A DNA stretch of 64,000 bases from Candidatus Falkowbacteria bacterium (GTDB lineage Bacteria > Patescibacteriota > Patescibacteriia > Patescibacteriales > WJLG01), in the NCBI GenBank assembly GCA_963747695.1, contig CAVVFV010000010.1, positions 164,451-228,450 on the forward strand, written 5' to 3'. Positions 1-9,900 of this stretch are shown piece by piece. Positions within the stretch are counted from its first letter, which is position 1; every line of letters begins with the position of its first letter. The notes beneath the pieces were generated by a model. The model saw only the letters and a list, made by a program, of their open reading frames with translations. It did no database searches and was not told where the DNA came from. The translations under genes were made by a program, and so were the position numbers.

Positions 1-285
1 ATCCGGAGTGACGCCGTAATTTTTCAGCAAGTCGGACAAAGATTCACTGTCTTCCTTTTGGACGATCTTCACCGACTTGTCATTAAGCGTCTCGGTCACT
101 TTTGTTCCCTCGACGACGATAGAAGCCACATTGCCGTTATTAATATCCTGCACCAGAGCGCCAATATTTGAATCAGTGCTCGTCGGCTTGCTCATCAGGT
201 TACCGCCGCCAAACAAACTGAAAATACCGGCCAAAACGAGGAACACGGCAAAAAAGATAATAAAATTTTTAATTAAATTTTTCAT
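1..285 (-). CDS. ftsH: ATP-dependent zinc metalloprotease FtsH, N-terminal fragment (runs off window start)
   Basis: Own translation of minus strand from ATG at 283-285: MKNLIKNFIIFFAVFLVLAGIFSLFGG...IGALVQDINNGNVASIVVEGTKVTE = TM helix plus the N-terminal extracytoplasmic domain typical of FtsH. No stop before position 1. Confidence 0.5.
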   Translation of the reverse strand, partial: MKNLIKNFIIFFAVFLVLAGIFSLFGGGNLMSKPTSTDSNIGALVQDINNGNVASIVVEGTKVTETLNDKSVKIVQKEDSESLSDLLKNYGVTPD

Positions 286-293
286 ATTTATTA

Positions 294-384
294 TATGGCT
301 ATATTGCTATATTGTTATATTGTTAAGCGATTTAAATCGTTGCGTAACAATATGACAATATGACAATATAACAATTTTATGTAA
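294..384. repeat. AT-rich palindromic element (ATATTGTT arms), family copy 1
   Basis: ctatattgctatattgttatattgttaagcgatttaaatcgttgcgtaacaatatgacaatatgacaatataacaat, immediately upstream of the ftsH start. Confidence 0.6.
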
Positions 385-471
385 CGCCCATATCATAACA
401 AAAATAAGGGTTTTGTCAAAAAAAAGAGCCGCCGGTTTTGATTCCGACGGTTCAGCTTAAAAGTTTAGTCA

Positions 472-753
472 CTATTTTGTCTGCAGGGAGATTTTCCTGC
501 TGAACGAATTGCCGCTGGCAATTATGGTGACGGGGTTATGATTCTTATCAACGGCTTTGATTTCGAAGGCCACTTCGTCGGTCTCCGAGCAGCCGTAGAG
601 ATCACCAACAAACAAAACGTGTTTGTTGATAATCTTGACATCGCTATATCCTTCTTCAACGGCCCGGATAACGTTGTCAGACCGAACGTTTATGCCACAG
701 CTTGAAAAAAACAAGCTGCAGAAAATAACCGTCAAAAGAACTGCGTACTTCAT
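472..753 (-). CDS. small lipoprotein (hypothetical)
   Basis: ORF 472..789 trimmed to the internal Met MKYAVLLTVIFCSLFFSSCG (signal peptide plus lipobox). GGGAGG RBS lies 5 nt upstream of the ATG at 753. Confidence 0.55.
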   Translation of the reverse strand: MKYAVLLTVIFCSLFFSSCGINVRSDNVIRAVEEGYSDVKIINKHVLFVGDLYGCSETDEVAFEIKAVDKNHNPVTIIASGNSFSRKISLQTK

Positions 754-809
754 GCTGCCTCCCAGAAGGTTGAATGGATTATAGAGCAATATCTTAATAT
801 TTGTCTAAG

Positions 810-830
810 GCTAATTATATCATAATTAGC
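810..830 (-). promoter_or_regulatory. perfect palindrome GCTAATTAT-ATC-ATAATTAGC containing an extended -10 (TGATATAAT on the minus strand)
   Basis: Seen in sequence ~55 nt upstream of the lipoprotein start. Same TATATCATAATTAG 14-mer recurs at the PGI/PMI start (53199). Confidence 0.3.
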
Positions 831-861
831 TAACTTTGTCAATATTGGCAATAGGCAAGAA

Positions 862-888
862 AACCCGGCTTAAGGCCAGGTTTTCCTT
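862..888 (-). terminator. hairpin downstream of rpsA (putative terminator)
   Basis: gaaaacccggcttaaggccaggttttc imperfect stem-loop immediately after the rpsA stop. Confidence 0.3.
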
Positions 889-907
889 GCTTTATATTGA
901 GCGATGA

Positions 908-2173
908 TTATTCTTTTTCTTCTTTCTTAGCCTTCTTGGCCTTTTTCGGCTTGTCCTCTGAAGCTTTAGCGGAGGAGGATTTTTCTTCCTTAGCCTCTTC
1001 TTTCTTCTCGGATTTTTCTTCAGCCTTTTCGATCTTTTCCTCTTTTATCTCTTCTTTCTTCTCTGTTTTTTTCTTGCCGCCTTCTTTGACGACTTGCAAG
1101 CCCAGGCGATGTTCTTTGGGTTCGATGGAAGTGATCTCAAAATCCATCACCGTGCCGGCCTTGTAAAGTTCTTCGATCTTCTGACCAGCCAACAAACCCA
1201 ATTGTGAGATATGAGCCAAGCCATGGATGAGCTCGTCGAGTTCGACGAACAAACCGAACGGATTGACTTTGAGGATTTTGCCGTTCACCACCTGGCCGAC
1301 TTTGTATTTTTCAGCCACGCCAGCCCACGGATCAGTCATCAATTTCTTGGCCGATAAGAAAATCTTCGAGCCGTTGATGTTGATGATTTCCGCCTTGATC
1401 GGATCGCCGACCTTATACAAATCTCCCGGATTGTCGATTCTCTTCCAGGCCAATTCGGAAATATGGATCAAACCTTCCATGTTCTCGCCGAAGGAAACGA
1501 AGACGCCGAAATCGGTGACGGCAGTAACTTCGCCTTCCACAACCGCGCCGACCTGGTACTTACTGATAACATCTTTTTGATTTTCGCTCCAGGCTTCTTT
1601 TTCACTGAAGATGATCTTATTCTCATTCTCGTCCAAAGTCATCACCTTGGTTTCCATATCCATACCGACAAACGATTTCAATTTTTCCAAAATCTTGGAT
1701 TTGTCGCCGCCTGAAACGCGGGGATAATTTTCCGGCGCCAATTGGGAAACCGGCAAGAAACCGGAAATCTGGCGGAAGCGGACCAACAGGCCGCCTTTGT
1801 TGCCGTCGATAACTTTGACTTTGACATTGGTCTTGTCCTTGTACGCTTCGCGCAGAGTGTCCCAGGCTTTTTCCTGACCGGCAATGCGGAAAGACAATTC
1901 CAATTCACCGTGTTCATTTTCCAGATCGACCACCGTGGCGTCGACTTCGTCGCCCGGTTTCAAGTTGGCGTATTCATCGGCTTCGCCGTAAAGCTCCGGA
2001 CCGCGAACCACGCCGACCAAAATGCCATTGATGTCCAAACGGACTTCCGCTTTCGAGGCAGCCAAAACCGTGCCCCTAACTGCTTCGCCGACAGCCGGAA
2101 CGACCAATTTATCTTTCTCCAAGAGCTTGGCAAATGCCTCCTGCTCCGGAGTTAAATTCTTCTTCTCTTCCAT
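908..2173 (-). CDS. rpsA: 30S ribosomal protein S1 (4 S1 domains, Lys/Glu-rich tail)
   Basis: 421-aa ORF with repeated S1 motifs (GTVLAASKAEV..., VKVKVIDGNKGGLLV..., GAVVEGEVTAVTDFGVFV..., GQVVNGKILKVNPFGLFVEL) and a KEEKEE C-terminal tail. Confidence 0.8.
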   Translation of the reverse strand: MEEKKNLTPEQEAFAKLLEKDKLVVPAVGEAVRGTVLAASKAEVRLDINGILVGVVRGPELYGEADEYANLKPGDEVDATVVDLENEHGELELSFRIAGQEKAWDTLREAYKDKTNVKVKVIDGNKGGLLVRFRQISGFLPVSQLAPENYPRVSGGDKSKILEKLKSFVGMDMETKVMTLDENENKIIFSEKEAWSENQKDVISKYQVGAVVEGEVTAVTDFGVFVSFGENMEGLIHISELAWKRIDNPGDLYKVGDPIKAEIININGSKIFLSAKKLMTDPWAGVAEKYKVGQVVNGKILKVNPFGLFVELDELIHGLAHISQLGLLAGQKIEELYKAGTVMDFEITSIEPKEHRLGLQVVKEGGKKKTEKKEEIKEEKIEKAEEKSEKKEEAKEEKSSSAKASEDKPKKAKKAKKEEKE

Positions 2174-2382
2174 AAAATTATAATGCTAATTTTCGAATGA
2201 TGCGAATCTACGAATATAGATTCTATTTAATCCAACAAAAAAAGCATTTTAACCCGCGCATTCTTTAGTTAGAATACCGAGTCCCCCGACCACCTTAAAT
2301 CAAGGGTTTTGTTATAGGTGATAATGATTATAAATGACTGATGATATATTAGTATAAACCACAAAAAATTGCAAGAGCGGAC

Positions 2383-3561
2383 CTATTTGATAAACATCGC
2401 GTCGCCATAACTGTAAAACCGATATTTTTTCTTAATCGCCTCTCGATAGGCGCGATCGATATTTTTCTTGCCGGCCAAAGCGGAAACTAACATCAATAAA
2501 GTCGATTTGGGCAGATGGAAATTGGTGATCATAGCATCGACGATCTTGAATTTATATCCCGGATAAATAAAAATATCCACCCAATCCTTGAAGCCGCGTA
2601 GGCCCGCAATACTTTGCGGGCAGGCTTTTTCCTGCCAGCAGGCTTCCAAACTTCTCGCGCTTGTCGTTCCCACGGCGATTATCCGTGACCGCGGAACGCA
2701 AGGTATTGCGTTCCTACGATTTATTTCCGCGATAACCTTACCAACTATCTCTACCCACTCGGAATGCATTTTATGTTCCAAGATATTTTCCGTCTTCACC
2801 GGCGCGAAAGTTCCCATTCCGACATAAAGCGTAATTTCCAAAATCTTCACGCCTTTTTTCTTAATCTTCTTCAAAAGCTCCGGCGTAAAATGCAACCCAG
2901 CCGTCGGCGCCGCCACGCTGCCGGCCTTATTATTAGCAGCATATACGGTTTGGTATTCTTGTTTGTCTTTTTCAATGATTCTCTCTTCTCTCTTATCTTT
3001 TCTCTGATTCTCTATATACGGCGGCAGCGGCACTTCGCCGATCTTTTCAATCGCTTTCATCAGCGCCGCGCCGGATTTATTGAATTGCAAATCCCAAGTA
3101 CCATCATGATTATTCTTTAAAATGACGGCTGTCATCCTGAGCGGAGCGTCAGCGGAGTCGAAGGACCCCTTCGAAATTTTAGAAACTTTAAGTGGTTCCT
3201 CGACTTCGGCCGTGGCGGCCTTCGCTCGGAATGACAGATGTAAATTTTCGCTCACCCGGCCACCCAGTAAACACTGCCAAGTATTCGCGCTCAATTTTTT
3301 ATGCAATAAAACTTCAACTTTCCCGCCGGTTTCTTTTTTCTTCGCCCACAGCCGCGCCGGAATGACTTTGGAATTATTCAATACCAAAATATCGCCCGGA
3401 TTCAAATAATCGATGATATCAAAAAAATGCTTATGTTCGATCTTGCCCGTCTTCTTGTCCAGCACTAAAAGCCGCGAACTGTCTCGCGGCTCAGCCGGAT
3501 GCGTGGCGATCAATCCATCCGGCAAATTAAAGTCGTAATCACTCAACTTCACGTAACGCAT
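2383..3561 (-). CDS. queA: S-adenosylmethionine:tRNA ribosyltransferase-isomerase QueA, carrying two in-frame repeat-element insertions
   Basis: MRYVKLSDYDFNLPDGLIATHPAEPRDSSRLLVL...VIPARLWAKKKETGGKVEVL...PLPPYI...IIAVGTTSARSLE...YRFYSYGDAMFI. It is ~40 aa longer than typical QueA because of the insertions at 2693-2714 and 3129-3237. Confidence 0.85.
   Translation of the reverse strand: MRYVKLSDYDFNLPDGLIATHPAEPRDSSRLLVLDKKTGKIEHKHFFDIIDYLNPGDILVLNNSKVIPARLWAKKKETGGKVEVLLHKKLSANTWQCLLGGRVSENLHLSFRAKAATAEVEEPLKVSKISKGSFDSADAPLRMTAVILKNNHDGTWDLQFNKSGAALMKAIEKIGEVPLPPYIENQRKDKREERIIEKDKQEYQTVYAANNKAGSVAAPTAGLHFTPELLKKIKKKGVKILEITLYVGMGTFAPVKTENILEHKMHSEWVEIVGKVIAEINRRNAIPCVPRSRIIAVGTTSARSLEACWQEKACPQSIAGLRGFKDWVDIFIYPGYKFKIVDAMITNFHLPKSTLLMLVSALAGKKNIDRAYREAIKKKYRFYSYGDAMFIK
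2693..2714. repeat. small palindrome GGAACGCAAGGTATTGCGTTCC inside queA (encodes NAIPCVP)
   Basis: 9-bp stem with 4-nt loop. Same family in the helicase and tsaD. Confidence 0.7.
3129..3237. repeat. PE-1 palindromic element copy 1 (TGTCATCCTGAGCG...CGCTCGGAATGACAG), in frame inside queA
   Basis: 109-bp imperfect palindrome. Near-identical copies lie at 24927-25038 and 25579-25692 (both intergenic). Confidence 0.75.
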
Positions 3562-3592
3562 AACTCGTAACTCATAACACTTTTTTTAAAAA

Positions 3593-3675
3593 TCCCCTCT
3601 TGCCTGCCCCGCAAAGCGGAAGTGTGCGTGGGGGAGGGGTGACTCGCGCCGCGAGACGGGGAGGGTCTATTCCCG
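3593..3675. repeat. GC-rich palindromic repeat (CCCCTCT...GGGGAGGGG family)
   Basis: cccctcttgcctgccccgcaaagcggaagtgtgcgtgggggaggggtgactcgcgccgcgagacggggaggg, between the queA start and the nuclease gene end. It stands out in an otherwise AT-leaning sequence. Confidence 0.6.
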
Positions 3676-3682
3676 ACATTGG

Positions 3683-4795
3683 CTATGCAGCAGTCTCGCA
3701 TAGGACCGCAGCACCACCCGACGTCCAATAATTATCAGCAACCCTACTTATAGCCTCTATCATACCGTCCACCTTACAATTCCAACCATCTATTCCAAAA
3801 ACAGTTCTATTTGTGCCCTTCTCAACATGGATTCCAACTTTAGCAATTAGCGGTTCTAACTCTGCTATCCTAGAAATTTGTTCCGCTGAGGCCCCCTTTT
3901 TTGGATAATCAAAAGAAATTCTTAAAACTCCACCTGATTCCAAAACAAATAATGGTTTTGTGCCGAGCGAATCAAACATTGCCGAAAAAGAACTGCGAAT
4001 TGCCCCGGTGCCCCAGATTATTTTAGATTTTTGTTTTGCAAAATCATATAATTTTTTAACAGCGACAATTTTTTCGCTATCCAAATTTTTTCGCACATCT
4101 TCAAAAAAACTTTGTTCATCCCATTTCATCCGAGGGCTCTCCGATGAATTAGCAGAAACATTTTTCTTTGCCTCGATACCGAATAATTTTGGGATCATTA
4201 TTTTATATTTTTCGAACTCATAATACTCCATCTGAACAGCGTAAATATCAAATTGGCTATTTCGATTAACGTAAACGATTAAATCCCTTAATCTATCGTC
4301 AATCGAATCCATTAAAATAACAAATTTAATATTGCCGCTTTGAAGATTTCGTTTAACAGCCTCAATCAATATGCCAAATTGATCATCATCAATTTTAAAA
4401 GAAGACACAACCTTTTCCTTAAAACTAACTTTAAATTTTTCACGAATTTTATCACCAATTTTTACTATAAATTCATCAAAGTCGCTATGTCGCCACAGCG
4501 AAGCCCCATAATCCAATGCTTGGGCAACGACCTTTCTTCTGTCTGGGTTTACCTCCCTCTTAGTTTCAACGACATAAATATCGCCGTCCTTATCAATAGC
4601 CAAAGCATCGATTGGACCCGATTCAGTCGCAAATTCTCTAGCTAGCACTAATAGCTCTTTATCTTCCTCTATTTCGTAAACGGGAATTGATTCCGGATTT
4701 TCATGAATATATTCTTGTAAATACCCTTCCTTCTCGATTTCCATCTTGTTAACCCTCTTTACCTTTTGACCATCTTCTAAAACCATTAATGGCAT
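3683..4795 (-). CDS. PD-(D/E)xK (NucS/RecB-like) nuclease-domain protein with ~280-aa C-terminal region of unknown function
   Basis: N-terminal EYIHENPESIP...ELLVLAREFATESGPIDALAIDKDGDIYVVETKRE matches the D...(D/E)xK restriction-endonuclease-like motif arrangement seen in the NucS C-terminal domain and DUF4263. The remainder has no motif I recognise. Confidence 0.55.
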   Translation of the reverse strand: MPLMVLEDGQKVKRVNKMEIEKEGYLQEYIHENPESIPVYEIEEDKELLVLAREFATESGPIDALAIDKDGDIYVVETKREVNPDRRKVVAQALDYGASLWRHSDFDEFIVKIGDKIREKFKVSFKEKVVSSFKIDDDQFGILIEAVKRNLQSGNIKFVILMDSIDDRLRDLIVYVNRNSQFDIYAVQMEYYEFEKYKIMIPKLFGIEAKKNVSANSSESPRMKWDEQSFFEDVRKNLDSEKIVAVKKLYDFAKQKSKIIWGTGAIRSSFSAMFDSLGTKPLFVLESGGVLRISFDYPKKGASAEQISRIAELEPLIAKVGIHVEKGTNRTVFGIDGWNCKVDGMIEAISRVADNYWTSGGAAVLCETAA

Positions 4796-4804
4796 ATTAT
4801 TAAT

Positions 4805-5839
4805 TTAAAATAGTTTTTTATCTCTTCTCTCTTCTTTTTTATCTTTCTTCAAATGCTCATACGCGTGCGGCGTCGCGATGCGGCCGCGAGGGGAACGATC
4901 TAAAAAGCCGAGGCGGATGAGATAGGGCTCATAGACATCTTCAATCGTTTCCATTTCTTCGCCCGTGGCGGCGGCGATAGTATTGAGACCAACCGGTCCG
5001 CCGGCGAATTTATCAATAATGGTTGTTAATATTTTGCGATCCACCCAATCCAGACCGAGCTCGTCGATTTCCAGCATGCCAAAAGCGTCGCGGCAAGTGT
5101 TGTCCGATAAGCAGCCATCGCCTTTGACGGCGGAATAATCGCGGACACGTTTTAGTAAGCGATTGGCAACTCTGGGCGTGCGGCGAGCGCGAGAAGCGAT
5201 CGCTTTCAAAGCGGCCGGATCAATCTCTACGCCTAAAATCTTGGCCGAGCGTTCGACTATTTTTTCAATATCTTTATCTTCGTAAAAATCCAAATGGTGA
5301 TGATGGCCAAAGCGGTCGCGCAACGGCGCGGAAAGCATGCTGACTTTGGTGGTCGCGCCGATCAAGGTGAATCTAGGCAGATCAATGCGCACCGTGCGGG
5401 CGGCCGGACCTTTACCTAAAATAATATCCAGAGCATAATCTTCCATCGCCGGATACAAAATTTCTTCCACGGTTTTGTTCAAGCGATGGATTTCGTCGAT
5501 GAACAGCACATCGCCTTCTTCCAAGTTTGATAGGATCGCCGCCAGGTCGCCGGATTTCTCAATCGCCGGGCCGGTGGTGACGCGGATGTTGGCACCCATC
5601 TCTTTCGCAATCAAATGCGCCAGCGTGGTTTTGCCTAAACCCGGCGCGCCATATAACAAAACATGCTCGATCGATTCCTTTCTCCCTTTCGCCGCCTGAA
5701 TGGTAATTTCCAAACTATCCTTAACTTTATTCTGCCCGATATAGTCGGCAAATTTCTGCGGCCGCAAAGTCAAATCTAAAGAGTTGTCTTCTTTCTCCTC
5801 TTTTGGATTAATTATTCTATTAATCGATTCTTCTGGCAT
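4805..5839 (-). CDS. ruvB: Holliday junction branch-migration helicase RuvB
   Basis: [43 protein letters not shown]...[10 protein letters not shown] (Walker A/B, sensor motifs). 344 aa. Confidence 0.9.
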   Translation of the reverse strand: MPEESINRIINPKEEKEDNSLDLTLRPQKFADYIGQNKVKDSLEITIQAAKGRKESIEHVLLYGAPGLGKTTLAHLIAKEMGANIRVTTGPAIEKSGDLAAILSNLEEGDVLFIDEIHRLNKTVEEILYPAMEDYALDIILGKGPAARTVRIDLPRFTLIGATTKVSMLSAPLRDRFGHHHHLDFYEDKDIEKIVERSAKILGVEIDPAALKAIASRARRTPRVANRLLKRVRDYSAVKGDGCLSDNTCRDAFGMLEIDELGLDWVDRKILTTIIDKFAGGPVGLNTIAAATGEEMETIEDVYEPYLIRLGFLDRSPRGRIATPHAYEHLKKDKKEERRDKKLF

Positions 5840-5847
5840 GTTTCGTT

Positions 5848-5928
5848 AATGTTATATTGTTATATTGCTATATTGTTGCGCAACGAATTAAATAGTTTAA
5901 CAATATAGCAATATAACAATTTAGCAAT
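5848..5928. repeat. AT-rich palindromic element (ATATTGTT tandem arms), family copy 2
   Basis: atattgttatattgctatattgttgcgcaacgaattaaatagtttaacaatatagcaatataacaat. Sits immediately upstream of the ruvB start. Related copies at 294-384 and 14866-14958. Confidence 0.6.
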
Positions 5929-6274
5929 TTTCCAATATCCAACTCATTATTATATCAATAATATACCTATTTTCCTCATCGTTCAAGGCTCGGCCTTTTG
6001 GTATCTGGTGCCATTTTTCCAAACAGCCGCGGCAGCAGGTGGCCGTCGCATGTTGTCCGACGAAGACCGGATGGCCGTGGAACGGAGTCTGCTTTCCGTC
6101 GTTTTTCGGTTCCGCTGGCACCAATCGTTCTTTAATAAATTCTTCCGCGTGCATTTTTATTTCTTCAATCCCTTTCTTGTTGATATATTCCAAATTTTTC
6201 AGCTTCAACTTAAAACTTGAGCGAAACTTCGACTTGGCCAATCTGATTTTCAATTCTTCCCAACTTTTAAACAT
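5921..6274 (-). CDS. DUF4186-family protein (conserved TATCCRGCLEKWH motif)
   Basis: 117 aa with ...GKQTPFHGHPVFVGQHATATCCRGCLEKWHQIPKGRAL..., matching my recollection of DUF4186. Confidence 0.55.
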   Translation of the reverse strand: MFKSWEELKIRLAKSKFRSSFKLKLKNLEYINKKGIEEIKMHAEEFIKERLVPAEPKNDGKQTPFHGHPVFVGQHATATCCRGCLEKWHQIPKGRALNDEENRYIIDIIMSWILENC

Positions 6275-6284
6275 AGCCTAGCTT

Positions 6285-6926
6285 TCAAATAATTTTCGGC
6301 AGCCAATCCTTTCTAACGCCCTCAATCACCTTGAGATCGAATAAATCATTAATCAATGACATTTTTCTTTTATCCTGCTCGAGCTCGGCGACATTTTTAA
6401 AAATATTTTTTGTTAATTTACTCAGAATTTTTTCTTCATAAAACATCGTTTTATAATATTCGGGACGTAAATCTTGATGCTCATAAAGCTTTTGCATCGC
6501 CGCAAGATGTTTTTCAATCAATTCCTTATCCTCGCTATTCGGATTGCCCATCGCGCCGATCAGCGGCAGATATTTACCTATCTCTATTTCCGCCGCGTTC
6601 CGAATATCGCCGATAACCTTGATGGCGGTATTTAACGCCAACCATTTTTCTTCCAGTTCGTTTAATTCTCCTAAAAATAATGGTTTCACCTCCCGATAAT
6701 AAGCCTTGTCCGAAATAAGATGGGCGATCCAGCCCTTACGGAAATCATCACCACCGATAAAATTTTTATCAATCAGATCTTTACCATGCGTCAGCGAACG
6801 GTCGATCTTGGTAAAATACCGGCTGTCCGGGTAAACGGCGCCGGTTAGATATTTGCCCAAATCTCTGACTTGCAAATCGTCCTTTATTTCCAAAGCAAAT
6901 TTAATGTGGCTGGCTTGCAGTGGCAT
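6285..6926 (-). CDS. hypothetical protein (possible zinc-dependent phospholipase C-like metal hydrolase fold)
   Basis: 213-aa ORF. N-terminal SHIKFALEI ... GAVYPDSRY ... AHLISDKAY spacing resembles the His/Asp ligand pattern of that fold. Weak call. Confidence 0.35.
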   Translation of the reverse strand: MPLQASHIKFALEIKDDLQVRDLGKYLTGAVYPDSRYFTKIDRSLTHGKDLIDKNFIGGDDFRKGWIAHLISDKAYYREVKPLFLGELNELEEKWLALNTAIKVIGDIRNAAEIEIGKYLPLIGAMGNPNSEDKELIEKHLAAMQKLYEHQDLRPEYYKTMFYEEKILSKLTKNIFKNVAELEQDKRKMSLINDLFDLKVIEGVRKDWLPKII

Positions 6927-6934
6927 AGTTATGA

Positions 6935-9900
6935 TTATAATTTCCTAAATTCGCAAATGCCGTTGTAGTCGCAGAATTTGCATTGCTGGCCGGGGGTCGC
7001 CGGAAATTCTCCCTTGCGGATCGCGCGGATAGTTTCAGAAATCTTTTCATCAAGCTTGGCGAAATCTTTTTCCTTGCCTAAAAATTCTATCTCGCTATTA
7101 TCATTCAAATAGCGATAACAAAGCGCGCCGACTTCCTGACGGAATAATTCTTTCACGGCTTGCTGGTAAATCAATAATTGCGCTTTTTCATTGAATTCCA
7201 ATTTCTCTTTGGGCTTGCCGGTTTTGTAATCAACAATCTTCAGCCTGCCATCGGGCATTTCGTCGATGCGGTCTATTTTTCCGGCGATGGTGATCCCCTC
7301 GCCATCGATCTTCATTCGCAGGGCGAAAGCTTTTTCCAGAAACAGGACTTTCGGCCAATTATTTTTATATTCTTCATAAAAAGCCTTGGTCATCTCTCTG
7401 CCTTTCTCGTGATATTTTTTCTTGTTGGCTTCGGTTTCATACCATTCGTCGATCCACGATTCTTCATAAATTTTCAGGCAATCTTCCAGAGAAAGTAACA
7501 CACCCCGGCCTTCGGCCACCACTCTTGATAGAGGGGAATTTTCTTTTTTATCAGCCGGAGAGACAAATAAACTATCCTGCTTTTTTTCGCCGGCTTCTTT
7601 TACGGTTTGAAGGATTTTCTGCAAAGTTGAATGCATGGTCTTGCCGAAGGACATCTGGAAATTGCCGCGTTTGGGAACTCTTAAGATATTATCAAACCGA
7701 TATTGATACGGGCAGCGTTCGTAAGCTTCAAATTGGGAATAGGAAAATCTTTCCGGCGCTTGAGGTACCCAACTCCGCTCCGTGGCGGAGCTTCGCTGGG
7801 CAAGTCCGGCAATTTTTAATTTCTTTCCGCGCAACATTGAATTCTTATCTTCCAGCGGTTCGACCGCTTTTTCATCGGCATTGCTGATATCCAAATCTTC
7901 GGCTAATTTAGTTTCGACTAAAAATCTTGAAGCGCGTCGTTCGCGTTTCCCGCCGGCATCCGACGACCAGGAAAAATAAATCCCTTTTTTGGCACGAGTA
8001 ATCGCCACGTAAAACAACCGCCGTTCTTCTTCCAAGTGATGGTCGCCAGCGGGGATTATCTCGTCGAGCAAAGCATCAGGAATCTTGATTGACTCAGAAC
8101 GCTCAATCGATGGAAATCGCTTATCGATTAAATTTATGACAAAAACGTATTTGAATTCCAAACCTTTGGCGGCGTGCACGGTCATGATTTTGATCATCGC
8201 CGGGTCTTCTTCGTCGCTCAAAGGCAATGTCCCCTGCTCGCCGGCTTCCATCTCGACCGCTAGTCCGGCCAAAAATTCCCGCACTGATTTATCGGTCGAG
8301 CTGGTCTCAAATTCCTTGATCCGCTTCATGAATTGATTAAGCTGGTTAGTCGCCAAAATCTGCTGCCGCTCCGGCTGGGCATATAGATATTTCAAATACC
8401 CGGTGTCTTCGAGAAAATCCGAAAATATTTCCGAGGCCGGTTTATAGCGCGCATCCGCGGCGTGCTTGCGGAAAATTGCCAAAAATTTGTTGATCTTTTC
8501 CAAGGTTGCGCTGCCCAAACCCAGCGCTGAAGCTTCATTCAAGACTTTATAGAGCGACATGGCTTTGCGCGAAACGATATAATTCATCGCCGCCAATTCT
8601 TCGGCGGTAAAATTGAAAACCGGCAAAGTCAAAACTTTATACAAAGCCACGCCGTCATATTGGTCGGCCACGGCAGTCAGATAACTGATTGAATTGATAA
8701 TCGGTATTGCCGCGTAAAGTCCGCGAGAAGAAAATAATTTATAAGGAAACTGCGCCTCGTCCAGATAGACGCAAATTTCCTTGCCCGCGTCATTAGATCT
8801 AGCCATAATCGCAAAGTCTCCCCAATTCGCCTCTTTGTCCTCAGTTTTTAGTTCGGCAATTTTCTTGACCACCCGAACCATCTCATCGGCGGTATCGGCG
8901 CCGCGAATCACTTCAATCGAACCAGCATCTTTAAAATTCGCTTTTAATTTCTTAGATAATTTATCACCGTCGTTCTTCAATTGCTCCTCTAGGCGGTTGG
9001 GATTATTCAATTTGATAAAATCATAGGCCAGATCCAAAATATTCTGCCGGTTGCGGTAATTCTCAATCAAAAAAACCTGTTTGGCGTCAGGGTAATCTTT
9101 TTTGAATTCCAAAATATTGGCCATGGCCGCGCCGCGGAAGCGGTAGATCGCCTGGTCATCGTCGCCGACGACCGTAATATTATTTTGCGGGGCAGCCAAT
9201 AATTTCACCAGTTCATATTGCGCCCAATTCGTATCCTGGAATTCATCGACTAGAATATATTTGAACCTGGTTTGATAGCGCGCCAACACATTCGGCCGCT
9301 CGCGGAAAAGCTTAAGGCAATAATTGATCAGATCGCCAAAGTCCAGCGCATTATTTTCCAACAATAAATTTTGGTAGATATGAAAAGCATTGGCCACTTC
9401 CTCAATCTTTTTAACTTCGAATTCCGCCACTTCCTGATCGAATTCACCTTTGGCATTAAGAAAATCTGCCGTAGGCGCGCAATGCTTCGTGGGTCCGCAA
9501 TGCTTTGCGTACCGGTCTTCTTCACTGCTTTTCGGAACGCAAGGTATTGCGTTTCTACGTCCGCTTAGCATCCCGTCCAGATTCTGCCGCAGCTCTTCGG
9601 CATATTCCAAATATTTCAACGGCGTGATGTCTTCGTCTTTGCAACGGGAAAAATGCTTGAGCAAGTCGCGGATGAATTTGGTCGGGTTGCCCATCGGCCG
9701 ATAATAATCCAGGCCGAACCGGTCCAGATGTTTCTTGAACAAAGCATACTGCTGATATTCGTCGAGCAATTTATAATCGGTCGGCAAACCGATATCTAAA
9801 CCGGCTTCAGTCAAAACATCCTGGCAGAAAGAATGGAAAGTGGAAATCGACAAATCAAAAAAAGCGCCATAAGGCAACAGCCGATCAACGCGTTCCTCCA

